The notes: a model not told the origin generated them from the letters alone. A stretch of 62,114 bases of DNA from Bacillota bacterium (GCA_963929955.1 CAWVKQ010000074.1:1-62114); one strand, 5' to 3'; shown: positions 47,290-58,620, counted from the first letter of the stretch. A program made the numbers and translations.

Positions 47290-48721
47290 ATGAAACTGAA
47301 AAAACATGAAGGTGATGTAAAGATCACAAAGAAAAAATTCGAAATGCCTGATACTCTGGTAATACTTTTCGTGCTGATCATACTGGCAACGGCAGCTACA
47401 TGGTTCCTTCCGGCGGGGGATTTCGATTACACTCAGGATAAGGATACCGGAAGAGAAATCGCCGTAGCGGGATCATATCATGAGGTTGATGCTGCGCCGG
47501 TTGGAATAATGGGTATGTTATCATCGATACAGACAGGAACCATTGAATCGGCGTATATAGTGGCACTGCTCCTGCTCGTAGGCGGAAGCTTCGGAATAAT
47601 GAACGGAGGAGGAGCCATAACAGCGGGTATACAGGCAGGCGTTACGAAACTGGGGACAGGCAATAAGGGACTTTTGATAATTCCGCTTACAATGATACTT
47701 CTCAGTTGTATGGCCAGCTTTCTGGGAAGTATGGAATCGCTTCTGGCCTTTATTCCTAATTACAGTCATGGCCTGCCGTGGTCTGGGATATGGGACGATG
47801 ACGGGTCTGGGGCTTGTCATAGTAGCTATTGCGGTAGGATCTTCAGGGACAGCGATGAGCCCGTACACTATAGTTATAGCACAGGGAGTTGCGGGGCTGC
47901 CTATATATTCAGGAATGGGATACCGTATGGTAATACATGGGGTCTTCCTTCTTATTGCTACGGTAATGATGATAATTTATGCCGTAAGAATAAAAAAGAA
48001 CCCAGAAAAAAGTATTACATATGATCTTGATACCAAGGAAATGAATACAGGTGATCAGGAAATAATAGAATTTGATACTCCGAGAAAAATAGCACTTGCG
48101 ATTTTCGGTGCAGGAATTGTTTTTATGATAGTCGGTGTTATAGAATTCGGATATGGCACTACTCAGATAGCGGGCGCATACCTGGGCGCCGGGATATTAG
48201 GCGGGATTGCAATGAAAATGAGCCCTAATAAAATCGCAGAGCATTTTATGACAGGCGCACGCGGCATGCTCTATCCGGCTCTTTTGGTAGGAGTATCAAG
48301 AGGTGTTGCCGTTATAATGACCGATGGAGAAATAATTGCTACGATCGTTAACGGAGTAAGCTCTGTATTGGGAGATGTTACTGCTCCTATAGCAGCGTTT
48401 CTTATGTTTGTAGTGCAGAACATACTTAATTTTATAATACCGTCATGTTCAGGTCAGGCTGCCATTACAATGCCGATCATGTGTCCTCTGGGGGATCTGC
48501 TGGGGCTTACAAGGCAGACAACGGTGCTGGCGTTTATACTGGGAGACTCGCTGTCTTCGGTGTTCTTCCCTACGTGCGGATGGCTTCTCGGAGGGATTTC
48601 AATGGCAGGAACCAACTGGATAAGCTGGGTAAAGTGGTTCTGGAAAATGTTTGTTGTTTTGATAATCGCGGCTATAGTATTTTTGGAAATAGCAGTGATG
48701 ATAGATTTAGGGCCGTTTTAA
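47290..48721 (+). pseudogene. YfcC/DcuC-like C4-dicarboxylate-family transporter, frameshifted
   Basis: N-half in ORF 47290-48024, C-half in ORF 47768-48721 (IPSCSGQA..TMPIM.PL); removing one A at 47758-47759 gives FIPITVMACRGLGY in one frame. Confidence 0.82.
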
Positions 48722-48849
48722 ACATATAAAGCCTTGATGTGTGAGAGCCTTGGAGCGAGTATGCAACTTGTTTGCCGGGCTCTTTTTTTATTCTTGTAAA
48801 AGCAGGAAAACTGTGCTATATTGAAACACACATCGCAGGGAGGGAAAGT

Positions 48850-49704
48850 ATGCCGGAAAAAGATATAATAGAGATCATTAAAGAAAGATACGGTTCCTTT
48901 ACAAGGCTTCAGAAGGTAGTGGGCGACTATATACTGGAAAAAACCGATACAATAGTGTTTTCAAGCCTCAACAGGATAGCGGATGAGATTGGAGTCAGTA
49001 CGACAACCGTGATACGCTTTGCGAGAAGCCTTGGGTTTTCGGGATATTCCGAAATGCAGGATCATATAAGAAGGCAGGTAATGTATAAAAAGAGCCTGCC
49101 AAACAGACTCAATATAGAGAGCTGTCCTTCAGAGGATGATACTCTGGCTTCCCAGGTGTTTGAAAACGATGTGTATAATATACGTGAAACCCTGAACAAT
49201 CTGGACAGAGATGAGCTTAAGAGGGCGGTGGATCTGCTGTGTGATGCGAAAAACATCCGCGTTTTCGGACTCAGAGGAGCCTTCCCGCTGGCTTACTCAA
49301 CTGCGATCACTCTGGGAGAAGTCAAAAAAAACGTCAGACTCATAAACGGTATAGGGATGGCATATCCGGAGGAGATAATAGGAGCCGGGGAAGGCGATGT
49401 ATGCCTGGTTTACGCTTTTCCGAGATATCTGCGTATGGTTATGGATGTGGTGCGCGGAATGAGAGAGCAGGGAGCAAAGATCATCCTTGTGACCAGCCAG
49501 GCCCATAAAAAAATGGAAGGACTGGCTGACATAGTCCTGCCATGTTTTGTAGAAGGATATTCTTTCAAATCCTCGATGGTGGCTCCCATGGTGCTGAGCA
49601 ATTACATTATAATGGCAATAGCTGTGAGAAAGGGCGATGAGGCGAAGGAAATGCTGTCTCTGACGGAGGAATGGCTTAACAGAGGTCTGTTCCTCAGTGA
49701 ATAG
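48850..49704 (+). CDS. RpiR/MurR-family transcriptional regulator (HTH-SIS)
   Basis: IGVSTTTVIRFARSLGFSGY HTH; SIS domain with FGLR and FPRY. Confidence 0.92.
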   Translation: MPEKDIIEIIKERYGSFTRLQKVVGDYILEKTDTIVFSSLNRIADEIGVSTTTVIRFARSLGFSGYSEMQDHIRRQVMYKKSLPNRLNIESCPSEDDTLASQVFENDVYNIRETLNNLDRDELKRAVDLLCDAKNIRVFGLRGAFPLAYSTAITLGEVKKNVRLINGIGMAYPEEIIGAGEGDVCLVYAFPRYLRMVMDVVRGMREQGAKIILVTSQAHKKMEGLADIVLPCFVEGYSFKSSMVAPMVLSNYIIMAIAVRKGDEAKEMLSLTEEWLNRGLFLSE

Positions 49705-49732
49705 ACAGACTTGAAAAACGGCGTGATATAAT

Positions 49733-49763
49733 AACGGGATCTCAATGGATGAGACCCGTTTTT
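49733..49763 (+). terminator. Intrinsic terminator after rpiR
   Basis: AACGGGaTCTCA-N5-TGAGACCCGTT-TTT. Confidence 0.65.
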
Positions 49764-49858
49764 GTTATGGCGGGCGTATCGCGCGGGAAGCCTCAGGTTG
49801 CGTTTCCGATGTGGTTTATTTACATAAGTTAAATACAGGGAGAAATGAACCGGAACTA

Positions 49859-49904
49859 TTGACAATCTTCTGAAAATAGTAGATAATATATTTTGTACAA
49901 AACG
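49859..49904 (+). promoter_or_regulatory. Promoter of the glycerate kinase-like gene with CodY-like box
   Basis: TTGACA (49859)-17-GATAAT; AATCTTCTGAAAATA (49864-49878); TTTTGTACAAAACG downstream. Confidence 0.62.
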
Positions 49905-49939
49905 ATACTTAAGCGTGATATAAAGAAGGGAGCGCGGAT

Positions 49940-51334
49940 GTGAGCGGAAAAATAAAAAACAGGCAGGAGCTTTTGTCTTTGGGAGATAAGGCTTCAAGAA
50001 AAATGGTCCTGGATATTGCCGAAGGAATACTGGCGAGACTTGACGGGTATATGAGGGTAAAGGAGCTTGTATCTCTTTCGGGAGATATGCTCAAAGTGGG
50101 AGAGCGGACATGGGATCTGTCAAAGAAAAAGAACATATATCTTGTGGGCGCAGGCAAGGCCTGCAATGCTATGGCTATGGCCATTGACGAGATCCTGGGA
50201 GACCGTCTGACAAAGGGGATATGCATCGTGAAGATCAGGGAGGATTCCGATGTATACAATAAGACGGAGATCATAGTGGGCGGCCATCCTCTGCCCAATG
50301 AGGAGGGGGTAAAGGGATGCCTCCGCATACTGGAGATGATAGACGGTTCGGGACCTGAGGACCTTTTCATATCAGTCATGAGCGGAGGAAGCACGGCGCT
50401 TATGTGCTGTCCGGAAGAGGGGATAACTCTTGAGGAGGAAAAAAGAGCAACGGATATAATGCTCAGATCCGGGGCTGACGTGAACTCCATAAACGCGGTC
50501 AGAAGGCATATTTCCAGAATGAACGGAGGGAATATGGCAAAACGCATAAGAGAAAGAGGAGCGGAGCTCATAGGTATAGATATATACGATGCGACCGATA
50601 TGGGGGCAACGGGCGATATTTCAAAGCCGTGTGATTTTCATGGAACACCTATGGGGCCTGACAATACTACCCTGGAGGATGCGAGAGCTATGATAAGGGA
50701 TTACGCTCTCGAGGATCGGCTGCCTGAAAGCATAGTGAGATTCCTAAGTGAATGCGGTCCGGAGAGAGAGACTCCGAAAGAATTCCCTGAATTTACGTAT
50801 TTTGTCATCAATACGGTTCCGGATTCCTGCATTTACGGAAAGGAGGTAGCTGAGAGCATGGGACTTGATGCCCACATCCTCACGACCACCATAGAAGGGG
50901 AAAGCGCCGAAGCCGGAGTATTCATGGCTTCGATTGCCAGGGAGATACAGCGAAACGGCAGGCCTTTCAGAGCTCCATGCGTCATACTGTCATCGGGAGA
51001 GACCACAACGAGGATACTGGATGAAAAAACCATAAAGGGTCACGGAGGACCGTCCCAGGAGCTGGTAACGGGATTTGCGACAGCGGCGGCAGATATACCG
51101 GGAGCGTGCATGTACTCAATGGATACAGAAGGTACGGACGGAACGACCGGCGCGGCCGGAGGGATCACGGATTCGACTACATACAGGATGGCAGAAGAGG
51201 CCGGTATAGATCTGCGGCAGGCTCTGAGGGAACATGCTACGAATGAAGCCCTTTCAAAGCTCGGATCAGTGGTCATGACGGGAAATACAGGTACGAACCT
51301 GTGCGATCTGAACATATTATATATACCTGAATGA
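49940..51334 (+). CDS. Glycerate 2-kinase / MOFRL (DUF4147) family protein
   Basis: VGAGKA, GGHPLP, SGGS.AL, NAVRRHIS, SGETT and TGNTGTNLCD motifs; GTG start. Confidence 0.88.
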   Translation: MSGKIKNRQELLSLGDKASRKMVLDIAEGILARLDGYMRVKELVSLSGDMLKVGERTWDLSKKKNIYLVGAGKACNAMAMAIDEILGDRLTKGICIVKIREDSDVYNKTEIIVGGHPLPNEEGVKGCLRILEMIDGSGPEDLFISVMSGGSTALMCCPEEGITLEEEKRATDIMLRSGADVNSINAVRRHISRMNGGNMAKRIRERGAELIGIDIYDATDMGATGDISKPCDFHGTPMGPDNTTLEDARAMIRDYALEDRLPESIVRFLSECGPERETPKEFPEFTYFVINTVPDSCIYGKEVAESMGLDAHILTTTIEGESAEAGVFMASIAREIQRNGRPFRAPCVILSSGETTTRILDEKTIKGHGGPSQELVTGFATAAADIPGACMYSMDTEGTDGTTGAAGGITDSTTYRMAEEAGIDLRQALREHATNEALSKLGSVVMTGNTGTNLCDLNILYIPE

Positions 51335-51348
51335 TACTTTGAAAAGTT

Positions 51349-51373
51349 GAAGGGCTGCCTGCGGCGGCCCTTC
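51349..51373. terminator. Hairpin between convergent genes
   Basis: GAAGGGCTGCC-TGC-GGCGGCCCTTC. Confidence 0.6.
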
Positions 51374-51925
51374 TTATCTGTACGGATCTATGAATGGGAT
51401 ACCGAAATATTCCGTGAGAGACAGAACAAGGGTGCGGGCTATCAAGTCTATGTTTTCTATGATCCACATGGCGTCTTCATAGTTGTCATGGTACGCGATC
51501 TCAACGAGATTGGCGGGGGCTTTTGTCAGTCTCAGCTCTGCCAGTGATGTGTTGGGTATGGTCCGCACGATATTGGGATTTGGATATATCACCCTGAGAT
51601 TGTCTGCGAATATATCGGCAGCTCTGCTTCCGGGAGCAGAGCCTGAGTAATAATATATGTCAGGTCCCTGAAGCTGTCCTGAGAGGCTTTCTGGTGAAGC
51701 GTTTGAGTGGAGAGCCAGGTGAAAGTCATAGTTGCCCGCGTTTGACAGGGCTATGGCCTGAAGAAGGGTATCGTGGGGATCGTTTCTTTCATAGGTTATA
51801 CCGCTGGCCTCAAGATACGGCTCCATGGCATCGGCAATGAGGTTCATGTAATATTCTTCGCTTCCCAGGCCGTTTACATACGGGTTGTATTCCTGTACTG
51901 AGGGACTTAAAAATATGCTGGGCAT
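51374..51925 (-). CDS. N-acetylmuramoyl-L-alanine amidase (Amidase_3)
   Basis: IFLSPS, HLALHSNA, LAELR and LVEIAYHDN motifs; start after AGGAG. Confidence 0.85.
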   Translation of the reverse strand: MPSIFLSPSVQEYNPYVNGLGSEEYYMNLIADAMEPYLEASGITYERNDPHDTLLQAIALSNAGNYDFHLALHSNASPESLSGQLQGPDIYYYSGSAPGSRAADIFADNLRVIYPNPNIVRTIPNTSLAELRLTKAPANLVEIAYHDNYEDAMWIIENIDLIARTLVLSLTEYFGIPFIDPYR

Positions 51926-51970
51926 TGTAAATCTCCTTTTTTGTTTTATATTACGCTGCCCATTATTTTT

Positions 51971-51999
51971 TTGACACAAAACAGAACTTAATATACAAT
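51971..51999 (+). promoter_or_regulatory. Sigma-A promoter of typA
   Basis: TTGACA-17-TACAAT. Confidence 0.7.
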
Positions 52000-52042
52000 A
52001 TAATATTGTATATAAATCAAAGAGGAGGCGCAGAGTTTACAT

Positions 52043-53932
52043 ATGTCAGGTAAACAGAAAATAATAAACATAGCTGTGATAGCCCATGTAGATGCGGGAA
52101 AATCAACCCTTGTAGACGCTTTTTTAAATCAGAGCGGCGTGTTCAGGGAAAACGAACAGGTGGTCGACTGCGTCATGGACAGCGATGACATAGAAAGAGA
52201 AAGGGGCATTACCATATATTCAAAGAACTGCTCGGTGATGCACGGAGATGTAAAGATCAATATAGTGGATACGCCGGGACATGCCGACTTTTCGTCAGAG
52301 GTGGAGCGCATAATAAAAACAGTCGATACTGTGATACTGCTTGTCGATTCCAGCGAAGGCCCGATGCCTCAGACCAGATTCGTCCTTAAGAAATCCCTTG
52401 AGCAGGGCATAAATCCGATACTGCTGATAAACAAAATAGATAAAAAGGACGCGCGAATAGACGAGGTGGTGGACGAGGTCTACGAGCTCTTCATGGATCT
52501 TGAGGCAAATGACAGACAGCTGGATTTTCCCATACTGTACGGCATAGCCAGGCAGGGAATAGTGGTATACGATCCGGAGGATGTGAAAAACATAAAAGTA
52601 GAGGAAGGGGATGCAAAGATAAAAAAGAGCGCCAGAGGAATGGGCGGTCTGGATATAACTCCTCTTTTCGATACGATAATAAATCACGCAGCGCCTTATC
52701 CTGATCTTGACGACGAGCCGCTGCAGCTTCAGATATCGGCTCTTGCCTACGACGATTACATAGGAAGGCTGGGAATAGGCAGAATAACGAAGGGAACGCT
52801 GAAGGCGGCAAGTCAGGTGGCTGTGGCTTCGGGAAGCGGCGAAGCGGTGCAGAGAAAGATAAATCAGGTGTTCGTATACAGAGGAATGAAGAGGGTCTCG
52901 GTTGACGAGGCAATGTCGGGAGACATAGTTGTGGTTTCGGGAATACCGGATATATCGATAGGGCAGACGATATGCGATCCGCAGGATCCGCAGCCTCTTG
53001 AGATGATACAGATAGAGGAGCCGACCCTTTCCATGTACTTTATGGTGAACAAATCTCCATTCGCGGGACGTGTGGGAAAATACGTCACATCGAGACATAT
53101 AAGAGAGCGGCTGCAAAAGGAACTGGAGGTAAATGTGGGACTCAAAGTAGAGGAGACGGATTCCACGGACAGTTTCAAGGTTTCGGGAAGGGGAGAGCTG
53201 CATCTTTCCATACTTATAGAGAACATGAGAAGAGAAGGATATGAGCTGGCTGTATCAAAGCCTGAGGTAATAATGCGAAGGGACGGCAGCAACAGGCTTC
53301 TGGAGCCGTATGAGGAAGTCATAATTTCGGCTCCGGATCAGTATTCCGGCTCCGTCATATCCAAGCTCAACCTGAGAAAAGGCATGATGCGGGAAATGAA
53401 AAGCGAGAACGGATTCACGAGGCTGGAGTATCTCGTTCCTACCAGAGGGCTGCTTGGCTACAGGAGCGAATTCATAAACGATACGAGAGGCGAAGGGACG
53501 ATGATAAGGCGATTCGAAAAGTTCGGAGAGTACTCGGGAGACATACCTCAGAGAACAAACGGTGTCGCCATAGCGCAGGAAGAGGGCGTTGCCACTCCTT
53601 ATGCCATATTCAACATAAGCGAAAGAGTGCAGATGTTCATAGAACCGGGTACAAGGGTTTATGAAGGCATGATAATAGGTATGAATTCAAGAGGAGAGGA
53701 CATGGTGGTAAATCCATGCAAGGCCAAAAAAGCCAGCAACATGCGCGCGGCGGGAAGCGACGAGAACATCAAACTGGCGCCGGCAAGGACATTCACCCTG
53801 GAGGAAGCTCTGGAATTCATAGATGACGACGAGCTTGTTGAGATCGTACCGGATGATATAAGGCTCAGAAAAAAATATCTCAGGGAGCTTGAGAGAAGGC
53901 GAAGCGGTAAGAAGGTAAAAACGGAGGCGTAG
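52043..53932 (+). CDS. typA: Translational GTPase TypA/BipA
   Basis: [34 protein letters not shown] and [15 protein letters not shown] motifs. Confidence 0.97.
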   Translation: MSGKQKIINIAVIAHVDAGKSTLVDAFLNQSGVFRENEQVVDCVMDSDDIERERGITIYSKNCSVMHGDVKINIVDTPGHADFSSEVERIIKTVDTVILLVDSSEGPMPQTRFVLKKSLEQGINPILLINKIDKKDARIDEVVDEVYELFMDLEANDRQLDFPILYGIARQGIVVYDPEDVKNIKVEEGDAKIKKSARGMGGLDITPLFDTIINHAAPYPDLDDEPLQLQISALAYDDYIGRLGIGRITKGTLKAASQVAVASGSGEAVQRKINQVFVYRGMKRVSVDEAMSGDIVVVSGIPDISIGQTICDPQDPQPLEMIQIEEPTLSMYFMVNKSPFAGRVGKYVTSRHIRERLQKELEVNVGLKVEETDSTDSFKVSGRGELHLSILIENMRREGYELAVSKPEVIMRRDGSNRLLEPYEEVIISAPDQYSGSVISKLNLRKGMMREMKSENGFTRLEYLVPTRGLLGYRSEFINDTRGEGTMIRRFEKFGEYSGDIPQRTNGVAIAQEEGVATPYAIFNISERVQMFIEPGTRVYEGMIIGMNSRGEDMVVNPCKAKKASNMRAAGSDENIKLAPARTFTLEEALEFIDDDELVEIVPDDIRLRKKYLRELERRRSGKKVKTEA

Positions 53933-53934
53933 CC

Positions 53935-54798
53935 ATGGAAAATATCGAAAAGGCCGGAACGTTCATTGACAGACTCATAGCTTCGGGGAAGCTTGCGGAG
54001 CTGGGGATAACGCTTCTCAGACTGGCTGTAGCGGTGATCATAGGTCTGCTTTTCATAAAGGTTGTCCTGGCGGTGACAAAGAAGGCTCTGGACAGAAGCA
54101 GTCTGGATCCCGTCATATACAGCTTTATAATCAAGGCCATAAAGGTGGTGGCGGTAATAATACTCGTTACGGTATGCCTCGGTATGCTGGGTATACAGAT
54201 GAGCACCATAATAACAGTAATAGGCGCTGCGGGAGCGGCCATAGCGCTGGCTCTCAGAGACAGCCTCGCCAATATTGCCGGAGGAGTGATGATAATACTT
54301 ACCCAGCCGTTTAAAAAGGACGATCTCATAGATGTCGAGTCGGCGACGGGGAACGTCTCGGGAAAAGTGGAGAAGATAGATCTTTTTCTGACGACTCTCA
54401 AGACGTATGACAACAAGACCATAACAGTCCCGAACGGTATAATAAACACGTCCGTTCTGGTGAACCACAGCAGAGAAGACAGCAGGAGAGTGGACTGTAT
54501 CTTCAACATAGGATATGACAGCGATATAGGCCTGGCAAAGGACATACTGCGGAAGGTATGCGATGAGAACCCTCTCATCTTCAAAGAACCCGAGCCGCTC
54601 ATAGGGGTCGCCAATCACGGAGAAAGCTCTGTTGTAATGGATCTCAAGGCATGGTGCAGGACAGACGATTACTGGGATGTGAAATATTATCTCGAGGAGG
54701 AAGTCAAGCTGGCCTTTGACAGAAGCGGCATAAACATACCTTACGCCCAGATGGAGGTCCATCTCAGTACGGAAAAGACTAATGGGAAAGCAGAATAA
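53935..54798 (+). CDS. mscS: Small-conductance mechanosensitive channel
   Basis: GAAGAAIALAL..SLANIAGG, PFK..D.I, TVPNG and GINIPY motifs. Confidence 0.9.
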   Translation: MENIEKAGTFIDRLIASGKLAELGITLLRLAVAVIIGLLFIKVVLAVTKKALDRSSLDPVIYSFIIKAIKVVAVIILVTVCLGMLGIQMSTIITVIGAAGAAIALALRDSLANIAGGVMIILTQPFKKDDLIDVESATGNVSGKVEKIDLFLTTLKTYDNKTITVPNGIINTSVLVNHSREDSRRVDCIFNIGYDSDIGLAKDILRKVCDENPLIFKEPEPLIGVANHGESSVVMDLKAWCRTDDYWDVKYYLEEEVKLAFDRSGINIPYAQMEVHLSTEKTNGKAE

Positions 54799-54868
54799 AT
54801 AAAAGTAGAAAAGACATCGGAAAAATGATAAAATAGAGTATATTGCTTTTAGAAAGGAGACTCGGAAT

Positions 54869-57800
54869 ATGGAAGAAATCAGAAGATTCAAGAGAGTGCT
54901 TGTAGCCAACAGAGGCGAAATAGCCATAAGAATATTCAGAGCCTGCAAAGAACTGGGAATAAGAAGCGTAGCCATATATTCGGAAGAAGATAAAAACGCA
55001 CTGTTCAGAACAAAGGCAGACGAAGCCTATCAGGTGGGAAGAGGAAAATCGCCTGTGGACGCTTATCTGGCCATTGATGAGATAATAGAACTTGCCAAGG
55101 CAAAGGGCGTGGACGCCATCCACCCGGGATACGGCTTTCTCGCTGAAAACACAGACTTTGCAAAGACGTGTGAAAACGAAGGCATAGTGTTCATAGGACC
55201 TGACTACAGGATGATGGATATGCTGGGTGACAAGGTCAAGTCAAAGATCGTCGCAAATAAGGTGGGAGTGCCTACTATCCCGGGAATGACGGAGACCATA
55301 CCTTCGGAGGAGGTGGCTCTGAGGTTTGCCGAGGAATGCGGATATCCTGTGATGCTAAAGGCAGCGGCAGGCGGCGGCGGAAGAGGCATGAGGATCGTCA
55401 GAAGCAGAGAAGAGATGCCGGATCAGTTTGCCAGCGCCAAAAGCGAAGCGAAGAAGGCCTTTGGCATAGACGATATTTTTATCGAGAAGTATCTTGAGAG
55501 ACCGAAACATATTGAAGTGCAGGTGCTGGGAGACCCTTACGGAAACATAGTGCATCTCTATGAGAGAGACTGTTCGATACAGAGAAGGCATCAGAAGGTG
55601 ATTGAATTCACGCCTGCGATGTGCATAACGGAGGAACAGCGCCAGAGCATATGCGCCGATGCAATAAAAATAGCGGGCGCGGTCAACTACAGAAGCGCCG
55701 GAACAGTGGAATTCCTCGTTGACAACGACGGAAAGCATTATTTTATAGAGATGAACCCGAGGATACAGGTAGAGCATACGGTGACGGAAATGACTACCGG
55801 CATAGATATTGTACAGTCTCAGATACTTATAGCCGAAGGGTTTGCGCTCGATTCGGATGAGATAAACATAAAATCTCAGAGCGATATAAAACCGAGAGGA
55901 TATTCCATCCAGTGCAGACTTACGACAGAGGATCCCATAAACGGATTTGCGCCAGATACCGGAGTCATAACAAAATACACGAGCGCCGGCGGATACGGCA
56001 TAAGACTCGACGGCGGCAACGCCTTCACGAACTCGGTTATAACGCCTTATTACGACAGCCTTCTCGTAAAGGTGACTTCATGGGCAAGGAGCTTCGATGA
56101 TGCCACAAACAAGGCGAAGAGGGCTCTCAAGGAAATGAACATAACGGGAGTGAAGACCAACAGGACATTCCTGCTGAACGTGCTCAACCACCCGACATTC
56201 AGAGAGGGAAAATGTGATACCGGATTCATAGCGGACAATCCTGAGCTCCTCAACATAATGGTAAGAGAGGACAAGGAGCTGAAGGTACTCACGTTCCTCG
56301 GAGAAAAGTTCGTAAACGGAAACAGAGGCATAAAGCCGCAGTTTGACGTTCCTGTATTCCCGAGGATAAAGCCTGACGAGATAAAGAAGCTTTCGGGAAC
56401 AAAGCAGCTTCTCGATGAAAAAGGACCTGAGGGCGTTGTAGAATGGATAAGGCAGCAGAAAAAGCTTCTTGTCACGGACACCACAATGAGAGATGCTCAG
56501 CAGTCTCTCATGGCAACGAGGGTAAGGACCGTTGACATGGAAAAGATCGCCCCTGCGGTCGCTTTTTACGGGAAGGATCTTTTCTCCCTTGAGATGTGGG
56601 GCGGAGCCACATTCGACACAGCCTACAGATTCCTGAAGGAGAGCCCGTGGGAAAGACTCGAGACTCTGCGTGAAAAGATACCTAATATCATGTTCCAAAT
56701 GCTCATAAGAGGAGCCAATGCAGTAGGATACAAGAATTATCCGGACAATGTCATAAGAAGATTCGTAAAAGAATCGGCCAGATCAGGAATAGACGTTTTC
56801 AGGATATTCGATTCCCTCAACTGGATAGAGGGTATGGAGGTGGCTATTGACGAGACCCTCAATCAGGGAAAGATCGCAGAAGCCTGCATATGCTATACCG
56901 GAGACATACTGGACAGCAGCAGAGAAAAGTACAACCTCAGCTACTATGTGAGGATGGCCAAGGAGCTGGAAAAGAGAGGTTCGCATATACTGGGCATCAA
57001 GGATATGTCAGGCCTCATAAAACCTATGGCGGCCAGGAGACTCATAGAAGCTCTTAAAAACGAAATATCCATACCTATCCATCTGCACACTCACGATACG
57101 AGCGGCAATGGGGTCGCAACTCTCATGATGGCAGCCGGAGCAGGGGTGGACATAATAGATGCAGCCTTTAACAGCATGTCTGGACTGACAAGTCAGCCGG
57201 CCCTCAATTCAATAGTGGCGGCCCTTGAAAGCACGGGAAGGGATGCGGGAATACCGCTTGAAGGCATACAGGAGATTTCGGATTACTGGGCAGCCGTAAG
57301 GCCTGTGTACAAGGACTTTGAATCCGATATGATGACAGGATCTGCTGAGATATACAAGTATGAGATGCCGGGAGGACAGTATTCCAACCTTAAATCCCAG
57401 GTGGAGAGCTTCGGACTGGGCCATAAGTTCACCGAGGTAAAGGAAATGTACAAGACAGTGAACGAGATGCTGGGAGACATAGTAAAGGTAACGCCGTCGT
57501 CAAAGGCGGTTGGAGATATGGCCATATTCATGGTACAGAACGACCTTACTCCTGAGAACATATACGAAAAGGCCAGGGATATAGATTTTCCTGATTCCAT
57601 AGTTTCATACTTCGAAGGAATGATGGGACAGCCTGAAGGCGGATTCCCTGAAAAGCTGCAGAAGCTGGTTCTCCACGGCAGAGAGCCTATAACATGCAGA
57701 CCCGGAGAGCTGCTTCCTGACGAGGACTTCGACGAGATAAAGAAGATACTCAGAGAAAAGCACGGGCTTGAGGGAACGGAGAAGGAAGCGTTGAGCTACG

Positions 57801-58312
57801 CTCTGTACCCTAAGGTATTCGAGGATTATATAAAGAGCCTTGAAAAGGACGGTGATTTCAGACTCATGGGAAGCGACATATTCTTCCACGGACTTTCGGA
57901 GGGAGAGACCTGCGAGATAAAGATCGCGGAAGGAAAACAGCTTGTAGTGAGACTTTCCAATGCCAGAGACATAGACGAGGAAGGCTTCAGGAACGTCGTA
58001 TTCGAAGTCAACGGGACCAGAAGCGCTGTCAAGATAAAGGACGCGGCAGCCAATATAGCGGCCGTATCCTCTCAGATAGTATACGCTGATACGAATGATC
58101 CTACAGAAGTGGGAGCCAATATACCGGGCAATATACTTAAGGTGCTGGTAAAGGAAGGCGATGAAGTTGAAGAAAAGCAGCCTATCGCTGTAATAGAGGC
58201 GATGAAGATGGAGACAAACATCCTGGCGCCTATGAAGGGAGTCGTGGATAAGATATATATCAGCGAAGGACAGCAGGTCAGGGCAGGAGAGCTTATTGCC
58301 AAGATGAAGTGA
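54869..58312 (+). CDS. pyc: Pyruvate carboxylase
   Basis: VANRGEIA, RDCSIQRRHQK, DTTMRDAQQSL, HLHTHDT and the biotin site EAMKME. Confidence 0.98.
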   Translation: MEEIRRFKRVLVANRGEIAIRIFRACKELGIRSVAIYSEEDKNALFRTKADEAYQVGRGKSPVDAYLAIDEIIELAKAKGVDAIHPGYGFLAENTDFAKTCENEGIVFIGPDYRMMDMLGDKVKSKIVANKVGVPTIPGMTETIPSEEVALRFAEECGYPVMLKAAAGGGGRGMRIVRSREEMPDQFASAKSEAKKAFGIDDIFIEKYLERPKHIEVQVLGDPYGNIVHLYERDCSIQRRHQKVIEFTPAMCITEEQRQSICADAIKIAGAVNYRSAGTVEFLVDNDGKHYFIEMNPRIQVEHTVTEMTTGIDIVQSQILIAEGFALDSDEINIKSQSDIKPRGYSIQCRLTTEDPINGFAPDTGVITKYTSAGGYGIRLDGGNAFTNSVITPYYDSLLVKVTSWARSFDDATNKAKRALKEMNITGVKTNRTFLLNVLNHPTFREGKCDTGFIADNPELLNIMVREDKELKVLTFLGEKFVNGNRGIKPQFDVPVFPRIKPDEIKKLSGTKQLLDEKGPEGVVEWIRQQKKLLVTDTTMRDAQQSLMATRVRTVDMEKIAPAVAFYGKDLFSLEMWGGATFDTAYRFLKESPWERLETLREKIPNIMFQMLIRGANAVGYKNYPDNVIRRFVKESARSGIDVFRIFDSLNWIEGMEVAIDETLNQGKIAEACICYTGDILDSSREKYNLSYYVRMAKELEKRGSHILGIKDMSGLIKPMAARRLIEALKNEISIPIHLHTHDTSGNGVATLMMAAGAGVDIIDAAFNSMSGLTSQPALNSIVAALESTGRDAGIPLEGIQEISDYWAAVRPVYKDFESDMMTGSAEIYKYEMPGGQYSNLKSQVESFGLGHKFTEVKEMYKTVNEMLGDIVKVTPSSKAVGDMAIFMVQNDLTPENIYEKARDIDFPDSIVSYFEGMMGQPEGGFPEKLQKLVLHGREPITCRPGELLPDEDFDEIKKILREKHGLEGTEKEALSYALYPKVFEDYIKSLEKDGDFRLMGSDIFFHGLSEGETCEIKIAEGKQLVVRLSNARDIDEEGFRNVVFEVNGTRSAVKIKDAAANIAAVSSQIVYADTNDPTEVGANIPGNILKVLVKEGDEVEEKQPIAVIEAMKMETNILAPMKGVVDKIYISEGQQVRAGELIAKMK

Positions 58313-58325
58313 GGAAGCTGAAGCT

Positions 58326-58589
58326 ATGGGAAATGGAATAATCGGCAAAATACTATATTTCTGGGTGTTTATCCTGGGAGGCCTGTTCTTTGCGAGGATC
58401 TTCGGATTTTCGGGAGACGACAGGAGCGTTATTACATTATGCCTGGCTTTGGCTGCGGCCTACATAGTATTCCAGGTGGCGAGAGCTATGGGAAGAAAGA
58501 AGAGGGCGGAGCAGGCGGCGCAGAGCGGGACACCTGAAAGACCCCCTGTAAGAAAAGGCCAGTCGGCAAAGAAGCGAAAGAAGAAATAA
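58326..58589 (+). CDS. Small membrane protein, hypothetical
   Basis: Two TM segments and a basic tail; GAGG RBS. Confidence 0.65.
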   Translation: MGNGIIGKILYFWVFILGGLFFARIFGFSGDDRSVITLCLALAAAYIVFQVARAMGRKKRAEQAAQSGTPERPPVRKGQSAKKRKKK

Positions 58590-58620
58590 AGTATTTTCAG
58601 GCGTATGATCACACTTGGGA

